Source: a virus
IMG/VR virus record: IMGVR_UViG_3300028394_000042
DNA length: 64,000 nucleotides
Reading direction: 5' to 3' (one strand)
A program made the position numbers and the translations under genes. Positions within the stretch are counted from its first letter, which is position 1, and each line of letters begins with the position of its first letter. The notes under the pieces are model-generated. The model was not told the origin of the DNA. It made no database searches and was given only the letters and a program-made list of their open reading frames with translations. Below, piece by piece: positions 1-9,128 of this stretch.

Positions 1-2
1 CG

Positions 3-1274
3 GCAGCACGACTTGATCTCGGCACCAGTCCAGTTAGCGTCGTCAGGACGGGGCTGTTTCTCGTCCAGACCGAAATGCTGGAGATAGATGCCCCAAATCT
101 GCTGCCGCTGCTCAACACCCGGCAGGTCAACAAAGAACACGCCGTCGAAGCGCTCAGCGCGCGCAAACGGCGCTGGGAGCTGGCTGGCGTCATTGCAGGT
201 GCCGATGAAGAACACGTCGCTGGTGTGGTCATTAAGCCACGTCAGCAGCGTGCCAAACAACCGGGCAGACACACCCGAGTCATTCTGACCAGAGCCGCCA
301 ACGCCGGCAAGGCCCTTCTCGATCTCGTCGACAAACAGGATGCACGGGGCCATCGCATCGACCTGCTTGAGCGCACGCCGCATGTTGCCCTCAGACTCGC
401 CCACAAACTTGCCCATCAGGCTGCCAAAGTCCAGCATGACGGTCGGGCGACCCACCTCGTTACCCAGCGCCTTGGCGAATTGCGACTTACCGCAGCCCGG
501 AGGCGACAGGAGCAGAACGCCCTTGGGCCGGCGATCCGCACTGGTCTCGTTCTGCCGGCGCATCGACCGCAGACAGAACGACTTCACGTTTTCCAAGCCG
601 CCGAGATTCTCAAAGCTGGCGTCACCGCGATAGAGCGTCATTGTGCCGCTCTTCTCCAGTGTCTGCGCCTTGATCGTCCAGACGGTGTCGGCCGTGAGCT
701 TCTCGTTGCGCACGAACGACAGGGCAAACGCGTTCTCAGCCTCGGTGTTGGTTAAACCCCGGGCAGCGTCTACGACGACCTGCACGTCTTCTTTCGTCGG
801 CGCAGCAAAGCCGCTATCCGGCGTGCACAGGCTGTTGCAGATCTTGGTCAGCTGCGCCGTGTCGGGCAGATCGTGATGCACGACCGTGAAGAGCTTCTCA
901 ATCTCAGGCTGCAGCAGCAGAGTTGGCGAGACGACTACAACGTGCTGGCTTTCAGACTTGCCAGCTACAAGCTGGTTAGCCAGCGTCTGCAGCACTTTGA
1001 CGCTGCTGAAAAACCGGTTGTAGTTCTTCAGCACCAAAACCTTAGTTGGCTTTTCAGTCGGCACCTTGAAGAACTTGAATGCGTCTTCAGGCGCCGGTGC
1101 CTTTTCAAGACCAGAATACAGGCCCTTCTCGATGTCCCACGTATCAATAGCCCAGTTCTTTTCCTTGGCGATTGCGTACAAAGACGTAATCGCCTCGTCG
1201 CACTCCTGCGACTCGACCCAGATACCGGCAAAACCGGCGTGAACGAGTTCCTGAAATTCTTTTGCGAACGACAT
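3..1274 (-). CDS. Ycf46-like AAA+ ATPase (partial, runs off the left edge)
   Basis: Not in the ORF track. Hand translation from ATG 1274 gives MSFAKEFQELVHAGFAGIWVES..., LGGLENVK, Walker A SPPGCGKS, LMGKFVGESEGNMR and Walker B ILFVDEIEKG. Lies downstream of DUF1257/DUF2997-like genes. Confidence 0.9.
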   Translation of the reverse strand, partial: MSFAKEFQELVHAGFAGIWVESQECDEAITSLYAIAKEKNWAIDTWDIEKGLYSGLEKAPAPEDAFKFFKVPTEKPTKVLVLKNYNRFFSSVKVLQTLANQLVAGKSESQHVVVVSPTLLLQPEIEKLFTVVHHDLPDTAQLTKICNSLCTPDSGFAAPTKEDVQVVVDAARGLTNTEAENAFALSFVRNEKLTADTVWTIKAQTLEKSGTMTLYRGDASFENLGGLENVKSFCLRSMRRQNETSADRRPKGVLLLSPPGCGKSQFAKALGNEVGRPTVMLDFGSLMGKFVGESEGNMRRALKQVDAMAPCILFVDEIEKGLAGVGGSGQNDSGVSARLFGTLLTWLNDHTSDVFFIGTCNDASQLPAPFARAERFDGVFFVDLPGVEQRQQIWGIYLQHFGLDEKQPRPDDANWTGAEIKSCC

Positions 1275-1282
1275 GTGTTGTC

Positions 1283-1480
1283 CTATTGGATTTGATACGT
1301 GTTGTTGGTGAGTTGGCGTAACCCGCGGCTACACGGCCAAGTAACTTTCCCAGAGGGCCAGCGCACCATAACGCGCTGGCCCCTGCATCCGTCAAGTTGG
1401 CATTTCTTCGTGCTGCCTGTGGCTACACCGCGAAGCTGCTCGTCATCACGTGCAACAACTACGGAGTCTTTGTAGCCCAT
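1283..1480 (-). CDS. small hypothetical protein
   Basis: 65-aa ORF filling the gap between two co-oriented genes. Confidence 0.65.
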   Translation of the reverse strand: MGYKDSVVVARDDEQLRGVATGSTKKCQLDGCRGQRVMVRWPSGKVTWPCSRGLRQLTNNTYQIQ

Positions 1481-1485
1481 GGGAG

Positions 1486-1674
1486 TTAGTTGCTTTCTTC
1501 GAGAGTCTGCTCGTTGGAGGCGTAATACTCAGGCGTAAACGACTCGCCGGCCTTGGCGCCGAGCGCAGCCTCAAGTGCTCGCGTGGCGTCTTGGCAAGAG
1601 CTGCCGGTGAATCCAGTGGTCTCGATTTTGGTCTCACCCTTGGGGGAAACGGTGACGTGAATCATCTTGCTCAT
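1486..1674 (-). CDS. DUF2997-family protein
   Basis: IHVTVSPKGETKIETTGFTGSSCQDATRALEAALG...TPEYY is the typical family pattern; start overlaps the upstream stop. Confidence 0.85.
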   Translation of the reverse strand: MSKMIHVTVSPKGETKIETTGFTGSSCQDATRALEAALGAKAGESFTPEYYASNEQTLEESN

Positions 1675-2042
1675 TAGTAGCTCTCCACAGTGATGTTAAG
1701 TTTGATCGAACCGTCTTCCAGAAGCTCCTCGCCCACGGTATACCCGTTGCTGCGCGCCTCGCTTGTGGCCTTCTCGATGGTGTATGCCTGCAGGAACTTA
1801 TCTAGCTCGACCTGCTTGCCCCAGCGGCCGTTGTAGTTGTCGAACGCTACCTCGCCAGTTTCGGTGTTGCAGACAACGGGGTACTGCCAGTTTGGGAGCA
1901 TTACGCCCACGCCAGTAGCTTTCTGGCCGCTGAACAAGTCAAACGTGCCAGTTGTTGGCTCTGGGAGGTTGAGCCGCGCGCAGGCTGCTGTAATAGCAGC
2001 TTCGTCGGTCACCTGTGTTTTGATCTGAACGATGTGCGACAT
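1674..2042 (-). CDS. DUF1257 (Ycf35-like) protein
   Basis: MSHIVQIKTQVTD...DNYNGRWG...LQAYTIEKA...EDGSIKL pattern. Confidence 0.85.
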   Translation of the reverse strand: MSHIVQIKTQVTDEAAITAACARLNLPEPTTGTFDLFSGQKATGVGVMLPNWQYPVVCNTETGEVAFDNYNGRWGKQVELDKFLQAYTIEKATSEARSNGYTVGEELLEDGSIKLNITVESY

Positions 2043-2044
2043 GG

Positions 2045-2350
2045 TTATGTGGCCCTTTTGTCTTTGAGGATTTCTTGTAGCGCATATTGAATAGCATGCG
2101 CAAAAATGTCAGCTGTTATTTCAGGAATACCTGCAAACCGCGCCAGAACTTTTTCAGCCGTGTCTCGGTCAAACTCGTCTAACAATGTTTTGTTGTGCCG
2201 GAAATAGTTGAGTCTGTACTCTGCAATTTCCAACATTGTGATTGGCATTGGAATACTGATGAACCGTTTGTGCTTTTCTTGCACGGCTGCCAAGTCAGCT
2301 AACGCGAGCGTAATGTGCTCAGTTATTTCAGCAAGTTCTTTCCCTATCAT
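2045..2350 (-). CDS. hypothetical protein
   Basis: Likely start MIGKELAE at 2350, overlapping the upstream stop by 4 nt. Confidence 0.65.
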   Translation of the reverse strand: MIGKELAEITEHITLALADLAAVQEKHKRFISIPMPITMLEIAEYRLNYFRHNKTLLDEFDRDTAEKVLARFAGIPEITADIFAHAIQYALQEILKDKRAT

Positions 2351-2637
2351 TGGCGACCTGCAATCTCTGCAGTGGTCTCGACCCAGACAGTGGCACCGCA
2401 GTTTAGCGGCTTGTTGGGCGAGTAGACTACGCGTGACGGGCCAAAAATCTCTACGGACTCGAAGCGGTAGGGCTTGCCTCGCCACTGCACTGTGACGACG
2501 GGTTCGCTAGCGTTGGTTTTTTTGTTGCTTCGGATAATGTGAGTGTTTACGTGGACACGTTTGAGCGTGCCGGCTGGCATGGTCATAGGGCATAACGCCC
2601 CGGTAGCCACGCTGCATTTTGCTGCAGCGGCAGGCAT
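2347..2637 (-). CDS. conserved phage hypothetical protein
   Basis: KRVHVNTHIIRSN...GPSRVVYSPNKPLNCGATVWVET, a pattern I recognise from phage hypothetical proteins. SD GAAAGGAG upstream of ATG 2637. Confidence 0.75.
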   Translation of the reverse strand: MPAAAAKCSVATGALCPMTMPAGTLKRVHVNTHIIRSNKKTNASEPVVTVQWRGKPYRFESVEIFGPSRVVYSPNKPLNCGATVWVETTAEIAGRQ

Positions 2638-2702
2638 ATGGGCTCCTTTCGCGCGCAACAGCGCGCAGACGCGGGCAGAACGCCCGACAGGATAAAGATA
2701 TC

Positions 2703-2757
2703 TAATCCGCGTGGCGCCAGCTGCTGTGAGTCGCAGACTGGCGCCGCCGCAGATTGA
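2703..2757 (-). other. long intergenic RNA hairpin (terminator or processing site)
   Basis: AATCTGCG-GC-GGCGCCAG-T-CTGC...GCAG-CTGGCGCC-A-CGCGGATT; a G-U pair favours the minus strand. Confidence 0.6.
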
Positions 2758-2771
2758 TGTAGCGCTGCTGA

Positions 2772-3605
2772 CTAAAGCGTGGCGTTTTTGATCGTGTCCA
2801 TCGTCATGGTCATACGGCGGTAAGTCGCCAACGTGCAAAGCGCGGCGTCAAAATTGCCTTCGCACGTCTTCACAAATTGCGCTGCGGCGATCAGCATCTC
2901 GGTTGTCATGAGCGGATCTTCCGCCATATCCATGACAGGCTGCGCCGCAACTGCTGTCGGGGCTGTTGCAACGCGAGGCTTCGCAGATGCAAGCACCGCG
3001 TTGTTTGGCACCCGTGTCCGACCCGGCTTGTCTTTCAGCTTGAACTGATTGGCAATCCGGCTGCGGTCTTCGCTGCTGATTGTCATAGCCATACCGCGCG
3101 GCTTACCGCCCATGCCAGCCTTCTTCAGCAGCTGACTGACCTGTGCTGGACTGACCACAATCTTCTTCTTAGCCAACGCAGCCACGATATCGACGCCACG
3201 CAGTGACTCGCCGCTAGCCGTGCGCTGAGCGATCATGTCACGAATGTGGTCGGCGCCGCTTTTCTTTTCAGCCATATGTTCACGTTCCTTCTCGTTAGTG
3301 GGCATTTCAACTGTTTCTGCAGCAGCGCTAGTCTGGGCAACAATAGTTTCCTCTGGCGCTACTACGTCTTCTTCTTCTTCTTCGGTCTCATCCTCTTCGT
3401 CGCCTTCTTCGTCGTCGAAGTCTTCGTCGTCTTCATCGTCGATGGCTTCGTCTTCTTCTGGCTCGTCGTCATCCGGCAGCGCGTCTGTCACGGCAGGCGT
3501 TTCTTCCTGTGCAACAACGGGCTCTTTCTTGCCGCTGTAACCCGGCAGTGGCTTGCCCCACAGATTTGCGGGGCTGATAAACTGCTCGGGAGCTTTCTTG
3601 GCCAT
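2772..3605 (-). CDS. protein with D/E-rich tract and putative DNA-binding C-terminal domain
   Basis: Start MAKKAPEQF; ~35-residue acidic tract; then basic helical segment KSGADHIRDMIAQ...VDIVAALAKKKIVVSPAQVSQLLK. Confidence 0.75.
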   Translation of the reverse strand: MAKKAPEQFISPANLWGKPLPGYSGKKEPVVAQEETPAVTDALPDDDEPEEDEAIDDEDDEDFDDEEGDEEDETEEEEEDVVAPEETIVAQTSAAAETVEMPTNEKEREHMAEKKSGADHIRDMIAQRTASGESLRGVDIVAALAKKKIVVSPAQVSQLLKKAGMGGKPRGMAMTISSEDRSRIANQFKLKDKPGRTRVPNNAVLASAKPRVATAPTAVAAQPVMDMAEDPLMTTEMLIAAAQFVKTCEGNFDAALCTLATYRRMTMTMDTIKNATL

Positions 3606-3715
3606 TTGATCCCTCTGTTCTTTTTTACGGCTCCAGACCTCGTTAGGTTGGACGCCTATTTCAAAATACGCTGTGCAAAACAAAAAGCAACTGCCTGTGC
3701 AATTTTTGCCAGAAG

Positions 3716-4027
3716 CTACAGAGTAGCGGGCGGCAGGGGCTTAAAATCTAGGTAAAAACCGCCGGCAACGTCGATAAAAATTGCCGTGCCCGGCGCGCCA
3801 GTTTGCTTCTTTGTGGCAAACGCGTACGGCCGAGTGTGGTGCAAGATATCAAAATCGCGTTTGAATTCTTCTGCGTCCCACACCTTTAAGCCGCTGGTCT
3901 CAAGAGCAGCGCGGACATCGCCTTTTTCCAGTTTTGCAAGATTAGATTCAAACGTGTTGACGAGCACCATGGCTGCGTCATTTGGCAGCGGCACTGTCGT
4001 TGTCGGGGGCAGCGGGGTTGTTGTCAT
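3716..4027 (-). CDS. hypothetical protein
   Basis: ORF in a co-oriented run; probable start MTTTPLPP. Confidence 0.7.
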   Translation of the reverse strand: MTTTPLPPTTTVPLPNDAAMVLVNTFESNLAKLEKGDVRAALETSGLKVWDAEEFKRDFDILHHTRPYAFATKKQTGAPGTAIFIDVAGGFYLDFKPLPPATL

Positions 4028-4397
4028 CGGTTTGTTGTGCGCCAAGGTTGTTTAACTTTGTTTCCTGTTCGTTAATAGCTGTGCGCAAGTCTGCCGCATA
4101 CTTGTCGAAGATATGCAGCTGCCCAAGCAGATCCTTGTGCACATTGATACTGAATTTTGCCAGCTCACTCTGAAGCATCAGCATGCTTGCAACATAGGGC
4201 GGCTCTGGATCGCGCAGGTGGAGCAAGCCAGCCGGCAAGTTCTCTGGCTTTTTCTCCCAGAGTGCCACAAGCGCGATTCCATGCAAATTAGGAAACTGCG
4301 CAGCTAGTAGTTCACACATGTTCTGGCTGGCCTGTAGAAAACTGGCAGCTGTATCTGTTGGCTCTGCTGCCGGCTGGTCAGCATTTGGTTCGGTCAT
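3978..4397 (-). CDS. hypothetical protein (C-terminal coiled coil)
   Basis: 139-aa ORF in a co-oriented run. Confidence 0.7.
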   Translation of the reverse strand: MTEPNADQPAAEPTDTAASFLQASQNMCELLAAQFPNLHGIALVALWEKKPENLPAGLLHLRDPEPPYVASMLMLQSELAKFSINVHKDLLGQLHIFDKYAADLRTAINEQETKLNNLGAQQTDDNNPAAPDNDSAAAK

Positions 4398-4410
4398 TTA
4401 ACTTGTCCTG

Positions 4411-4755
4411 TTAGGGTACGTACTTTGATTGCTGCGGTAAAAAGCCTTCGATGATATTGCCCAGCCGCGTAGCAGCTAGGCCATAAATTGCTACCACAAA
4501 AAGGCCACCAGTTGCGCCGCCGACCCACTTAGCTGCCAAAAGCAGCAGCAACAAGTAGAAGGGCACGTGATAAGATTTGCAGAACGGGCAATTCACCCAC
4601 TCAAGGAAGAGCCCTTTCAGGCTATCGTGCGGGGTGATGTCTTGCAACGCCTGCGCTTCTGCCCGGCGTGTAGCGAAGATTGAGCCCTTGTGCCACAGCT
4701 CAATAATGGCGCCGGAAGCGAGCGCAACTGCCAGAAACTCAATTGGCGTAAACAT
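4411..4755 (-). CDS. DUF1360-like membrane protein
   Basis: Three hydrophobic segments and the motif EWVNCPFCKSYH. Confidence 0.6.
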   Translation of the reverse strand: MFTPIEFLAVALASGAIIELWHKGSIFATRRAEAQALQDITPHDSLKGLFLEWVNCPFCKSYHVPFYLLLLLLAAKWVGGATGGLFVVAIYGLAATRLGNIIEGFLPQQSKYVP

Positions 4756-4763
4756 GGGTTTGG

Positions 4764-4937
4764 TTATCGCTTTCTACGTTCCGCTGTGAACCCGCGCATA
4801 AAGCACGCGCCAGTGTAAATAGCGGCACCTGCGCCGAGTAGCCCTGCAATACCAAGCTGGGGCACTGTGATGATGCCGGCAACGAGCATGAGCGCTGCGT
4901 AGCCGGCGAACGTTTTGTTGGGATCGGATTTTGGCAT
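4764..4937 (-). CDS. small two-TM membrane protein
   Basis: MPKSDPNKTFAGYAALMLVAGIITVPQLGIAGLLGAGAAIYTG..., basic C-terminus. Confidence 0.6.
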   Translation of the reverse strand: MPKSDPNKTFAGYAALMLVAGIITVPQLGIAGLLGAGAAIYTGACFMRGFTAERRKR

Positions 4938-4941
4938 CGTG

Positions 4942-5157
4942 TCATTGATTTCCATTTGGCCACACAGTCGTAAGGGCTGAGTCTGGGCCGTTAGGGTTGA
5001 AAGCAAATGCGGGATTTGGCAACGGCGCCTCTAGTTTGATGTTATGCACCGCGTTATCGGGCAGGTATACTTGCGGGCCGGGGCCGCGCCGAGTACCTTC
5101 GACGTACGCGCGTTTGCGCTCTTGATAGAGTCGGGCTGATTGGCCGATGATTGGCAT
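4942..5157 (-). CDS. hypothetical protein
   Basis: MPIIGQSARL... with SD GGAGG upstream. Confidence 0.7.
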   Translation of the reverse strand: MPIIGQSARLYQERKRAYVEGTRRGPGPQVYLPDNAVHNIKLEAPLPNPAFAFNPNGPDSALTTVWPNGNQ

Positions 5158-5213
5158 AGAACCTCCTACAAAATAATGGCGGACCACCGTTTAGTATATC
5201 CGCCGGCTAGCTG

Positions 5214-5390
5214 TTATTTCTTGAGTTTTTCTTGGGCTGCAGAAGCAGCGGCTTGGCATGTCTGCGCAAGGGCGGACGCCAAACCAACTACACCGCACAG
5301 GAACACGTAGCCTGTGAATTTAAGGCTGTCTTCCACCCACTGAAACTCCCAATCTTCGCTGGGCTGAATATTCGGACTGTTATTGCTCAT
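5214..5390 (-). CDS. 58-aa single-TM protein (below the ORF-track cutoff)
   Basis: Hand translation: MSNNSPNIQPSEDWEFQWVEDSLKFTGYVFLCGVVGLASALAQTCQAAASAAQEKLKK*. Confidence 0.55.
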   Translation of the reverse strand: MSNNSPNIQPSEDWEFQWVEDSLKFTGYVFLCGVVGLASALAQTCQAAASAAQEKLKK

Positions 5391-7305
5391 GATAAACGCT
5401 CGCTGTGACGATAAAGCTCACGCTGTGCCGCCAGACGGCATAGCTGAGTTAATCAGTAACTTGATGACAATCGACGCTACTGACCCGGCGTCTGTTCACG
5501 CCAAGGCCGGTATATTGAAAGAGCTGGCGGCTCGCTACGCGTTTCCGTCGCTGGAGCCAATCCTGCCTCTTGTGTTGAATTTGAATGGCTCGCCGTACAC
5601 CCTTCGCGACCACTTTGCTTTTTCGCCTTTGTTTCGCGTGCTTACGCCAAAGAGCCAAGTGTGGTGTACTGGGCGGCAGGTGTCTAAGTCTACGTCGCTT
5701 GCCGCGCACGGAGTTGTATTTGCGAACTCCGTGCCGTTTTCTAAGACGCTATACGTCACGCCACGGTTCGAGCAGGTGCGCCGGTTCAGCAACAATTACG
5801 TGCGCCCGTTTATAGATCAGTCGCCGGTAAAAGCGCAGTGGAGCGACACGACCACAGAGAACTCGGTGTTGCAGCGCTCGTTTCGCAACAACTCGATGAT
5901 GCTGTTCAGCTTTGCGCTGTTAGACGCTGATAGAACCCGCGGAGTGAGCGCCGACCGCGTTAATTTTGACGAGGTGCAGGATATGGATCCTGACCACGTG
6001 CCAATTATTCAAGAGACCATGTCTTACTCCAAGTGGGGTATCACATACTATACGGGTACTCCAAAAACGCTCGACAACCTGTTGTATGGGTTGTATCAAC
6101 GGTCGTCACAAGCTGAGTGGTTTGTTCCGTGCCATTCGTGCGGCAAGTGGAACATCCCGTCGCTTGAGCACGACCTTGACGCCATGATTGGCGACTACAG
6201 CATTCACATCAGCGAGAAGTATCCCGGGACTGTGTGCGCTAAGTGCCGGCAACCGATTAACCCGCGACACGGCAGGTGGGTACATAGATACCCAGACAGG
6301 CGTTGGCAGTTTGCTGGCTATCATGTGCCGCAGCTTATCTTGCCGCTGCATTTTGCCGACCCTGAAAAGTGGTCGACGCTGCTGCTCAAGCGCGAAGGCT
6401 ACGGCAATATGACACAAGCACAGTTCTATAACGAAGTCATGGGCGAAAGCGTAGACACAGGCCAGCGCCTTATCAGCGAAACTGATTTGCGCGCTGCTTG
6501 CCTTTTGGACTGGGAAAACAAAAAAGAACCTGACCCAAAGTGCATGAAGAACCTGAACGACTACAAGCACAGAATGCTGGCTATCGACTGGGGTGGTGGC
6601 GGAGAAGCCGGGGTCAGTTTTACCGTGTTGGCTGTGCTTGGGTTCCGCAATGACGGCACAATTGACGTCTTGTGGGCCAAACGACTGCTCATTGGCGGCG
6701 ACCACCTGCAGGAAGCAATTGAGTGCATGAAGTGGTGCAACTTGTTCAACTGCGACTTCGTAGCTCACGACTACACTGGCGCCGGCACAGTTCGCGAGAC
6801 TGTGATGGTGCAGGCTGGATTCAACCTCGACCGCGTAATGGCGATGCGGCTTGTCCGGTCGGCGGCTCAAGATTTACTTATCTATAAGCCGCCGACCGAG
6901 ATCAATCACCGCGCGCACTACAGCCTCGACAAGACCAGATCGCTGCTGTACACGTGCCAAGCCATCAAGCTGAAACAAGTCAGGTTTTTCCAGTACGACC
7001 GTATCTCGCAGGAATCCCCGGGGCTTGTCTCAGATTTTCTGGCCCTTGTCGAAAACAAAGCTGACGCTAGGTCAGGCAGCGACATATACACCATTACGCG
7101 CAACGTACTTCTGACAGACGACTTTGCGCAGGCTGTCAATATTGGCTGCGCGGCGTTGTGGCATATTAGCGACGCATGGCCAAACTTTGCCGCTATTGCT
7201 GGCGTAGCCCGGCTTACTGAGAAACAGGTAGAAACTGAAACCGTGAACTCTGCCGACGACTGGGCTGACGATTCAATTGGCAACAGTTACTTTGGCCGAT
7301 ACTAG
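5389..7305 (+). CDS. terL: terminase large subunit (lambda gpA-like)
   Basis: Walker A GRQVSKST, Walker B RVNFDEVQD, motif C TGTP, Zn pair CHSC/CAKC, nuclease motif LAIDWGG. Start uncertain (5389 or 5464). Confidence 0.92.
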   Translation: MINARCDDKAHAVPPDGIAELISNLMTIDATDPASVHAKAGILKELAARYAFPSLEPILPLVLNLNGSPYTLRDHFAFSPLFRVLTPKSQVWCTGRQVSKSTSLAAHGVVFANSVPFSKTLYVTPRFEQVRRFSNNYVRPFIDQSPVKAQWSDTTTENSVLQRSFRNNSMMLFSFALLDADRTRGVSADRVNFDEVQDMDPDHVPIIQETMSYSKWGITYYTGTPKTLDNLLYGLYQRSSQAEWFVPCHSCGKWNIPSLEHDLDAMIGDYSIHISEKYPGTVCAKCRQPINPRHGRWVHRYPDRRWQFAGYHVPQLILPLHFADPEKWSTLLLKREGYGNMTQAQFYNEVMGESVDTGQRLISETDLRAACLLDWENKKEPDPKCMKNLNDYKHRMLAIDWGGGGEAGVSFTVLAVLGFRNDGTIDVLWAKRLLIGGDHLQEAIECMKWCNLFNCDFVAHDYTGAGTVRETVMVQAGFNLDRVMAMRLVRSAAQDLLIYKPPTEINHRAHYSLDKTRSLLYTCQAIKLKQVRFFQYDRISQESPGLVSDFLALVENKADARSGSDIYTITRNVLLTDDFAQAVNIGCAALWHISDAWPNFAAIAGVARLTEKQVETETVNSADDWADDSIGNSYFGRY

Positions 7306-7796
7306 TTGTTTTCTGGATTGCCGTTGCAGCCAAACTTGCGTACAGCAGAGTTAATGTCGCTGTTCATAAGTTCGATGCCTTTTTCTGTAGGCGTAAAATC
7401 AAACTCGTTGGTTTCGGTGTTGAAGTCAACGCTCAGAAAGCCGTCTGCCGCAGCGCGCTGGCGGATGTTGCTAAACAACCGCTCGCCAATTGCCACCATC
7501 AGCGCGCCAATCTTTTTATTAGCTTCTTCTATTGAGTCTGCACCAATTGCGCTTACACCGTTTTCGTGAACAGTGGTGTGGTCTCTCACGATAGCCGACA
7601 CTTCTTCGGCCGGCAGGAAATCGCGTAATGAGTTGGCCATGGCCATAAAGTTTTGCGGGTTTGACAGAACCTCGGTCATTTGTGACGGATCTCGCATAAC
7701 CACGTTGGCCATGAACGAGCCAACTATGTAGTTGCGCAAATCATCGATAGACCCGCCAAAAAACCGCTTTGGTTCGCTGTTTTCCTCAAACAACAT
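7302..7796 (-). CDS. hypothetical protein
   Basis: 164 aa; its stop overlaps the terL stop in CTAG; AAGGAG upstream. Confidence 0.75.
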   Translation of the reverse strand: MLFEENSEPKRFFGGSIDDLRNYIVGSFMANVVMRDPSQMTEVLSNPQNFMAMANSLRDFLPAEEVSAIVRDHTTVHENGVSAIGADSIEEANKKIGALMVAIGERLFSNIRQRAAADGFLSVDFNTETNEFDFTPTEKGIELMNSDINSAVRKFGCNGNPENN

Positions 7797-8103
7797 TGTG
7801 GGCTCCTTGCATTAGGTTGGCATTGGCGACAGCGGCGTGATAAACGCCTTGCGCCAAAGTACGGGCTCCCGCTGCAATACGCAAGCGTTCCAGATGGCTG
7901 GCATAGTTTTCGTCGGAATAGACCATAGCTTCCGCGCTCGAAAACGAGTGCGGCTTGCCGGTCATGCGATTCTCGCCAGTCATGATGCGCCCGATTGCGG
8001 CCATCTTGATAGCCTGCCGGGCGTCTTCCAGCTCCATCTCGTGCATGACGGCGTCGCCCCATTGGCGGGCGGCTGTTTCGATTGCAATTGCTAGGTGATG
8101 CAT
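7786..8103 (-). CDS. hypothetical protein
   Basis: 105-aa helical protein containing TGKPHSFSSAE. Confidence 0.75.
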   Translation of the reverse strand: MHHLAIAIETAARQWGDAVMHEMELEDARQAIKMAAIGRIMTGENRMTGKPHSFSSAEAMVYSDENYASHLERLRIAAGARTLAQGVYHAAVANANLMQGAHNVV

Positions 8104-8124
8104 GTGCTTCTTTCTTTTTGTGGG

Positions 8125-8841
8125 TTACTCTCTACACAGGCCGCCGACCAGCCACATAGAGCCAAGGTCTATTGTTTGTTCCGTGTACAGCTCGGCTGTA
8201 AACTGTTCGTCTAATGCGCGCAACGTCATTGCCGCGGCGTCGGCGTCTAGCCGCAGTTCGTGGCGCTGATTGCCAAAACGCAACAACGGTTCGAGCGTTT
8301 CAGGCGTGATCAGCTCTTTGGTGCGAGCAATCCCGCTTAACGTCGCGTCAAAGTTTTCCGCAACTCTGTCGGCCGTTTTCTTTTTTACGCGCCACGTATC
8401 GTATGCGGTAGCGAGCGTCTTTTTCTGCTCGGGCGTAAGCTGATCGGCAACTGCTGGCGCTACGGTGCTGACTAAACAACGCATCGTGTAGCTCCAATCA
8501 GTCGCGTCGACTACTCTAAAATACGCGCCGCCATCCCATTGCTTGAGTTTTTTGCCGTTAAACGTGGGTTCTTTTGTGTACTCTTTGCGCGTGTCAGTGT
8601 ATTTGACCGCAATAGCGGACTCCCCTTTCGTGCAGATGTCGGCAAGGTATTCCCCAGCGGCAGCTTTGGTCGTAAATACGTAGTCAGTAACTTCAAAACC
8701 TGACAGCGTTGAGAACGTTCCGTTATATGCGTTATCGCCGTAAGCGTTGCGTAGCTCGTCTACGGTAGCAAAATAGTGCTCAGTCAATTCTTTCTTTGTG
8801 AGTTTTCCGTCAAATGCACAAGTGACAAAACACGCACCCAT
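8125..8841 (-). CDS. conserved phage hypothetical protein
   Basis: MGA...YGDNAYNGTFST...WLVGGLCRE pattern. Confidence 0.75.
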   Translation of the reverse strand: MGACFVTCAFDGKLTKKELTEHYFATVDELRNAYGDNAYNGTFSTLSGFEVTDYVFTTKAAAGEYLADICTKGESAIAVKYTDTRKEYTKEPTFNGKKLKQWDGGAYFRVVDATDWSYTMRCLVSTVAPAVADQLTPEQKKTLATAYDTWRVKKKTADRVAENFDATLSGIARTKELITPETLEPLLRFGNQRHELRLDADAAAMTLRALDEQFTAELYTEQTIDLGSMWLVGGLCRE

Positions 8842-8843
8842 GG

Positions 8844-9089
8844 TTACTCCGGGTTGTTGAGATCTCGCGTAGCTAGCTGTTCTTTGCGCGTTAGCTTGCG
8901 CTTGGGAAACTTATCCGCGTGGCACATAGCGCACCGGCTTTGCCGACACCCTGAGCACCGCTGCGTTTTGCGAAAGCGGCCGACGTCAGGAACAAATTTG
9001 TTATCGTCCGGCCCGAAGTGTCCGGCTAACCGCTTGTATTCTTTTGCGCGGTTCTCAATAAGTTGTTTTTCTTCGTGATAGCGTTTCAT
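8844..9089 (-). CDS. small basic Cys-containing protein
   Basis: Start MKRYHEEK; CSGCRQSRCAMCH motif. The 5' extension in the ORF track overlaps the RNA gene and is rejected. Confidence 0.7.
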   Translation of the reverse strand: MKRYHEEKQLIENRAKEYKRLAGHFGPDDNKFVPDVGRFRKTQRCSGCRQSRCAMCHADKFPKRKLTRKEQLATRDLNNPE

Positions 9090-9128
9090 TGCTGTTATGC
9101 CTCGCACAAGAGCTGTATGTAACACAAA

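Noticed and set aside
75-1295. Plus-strand ORFs 75..755 and 873..1295
   Set aside because: Antisense shadows of the minus-strand AAA ATPase, which has clear Walker motifs.
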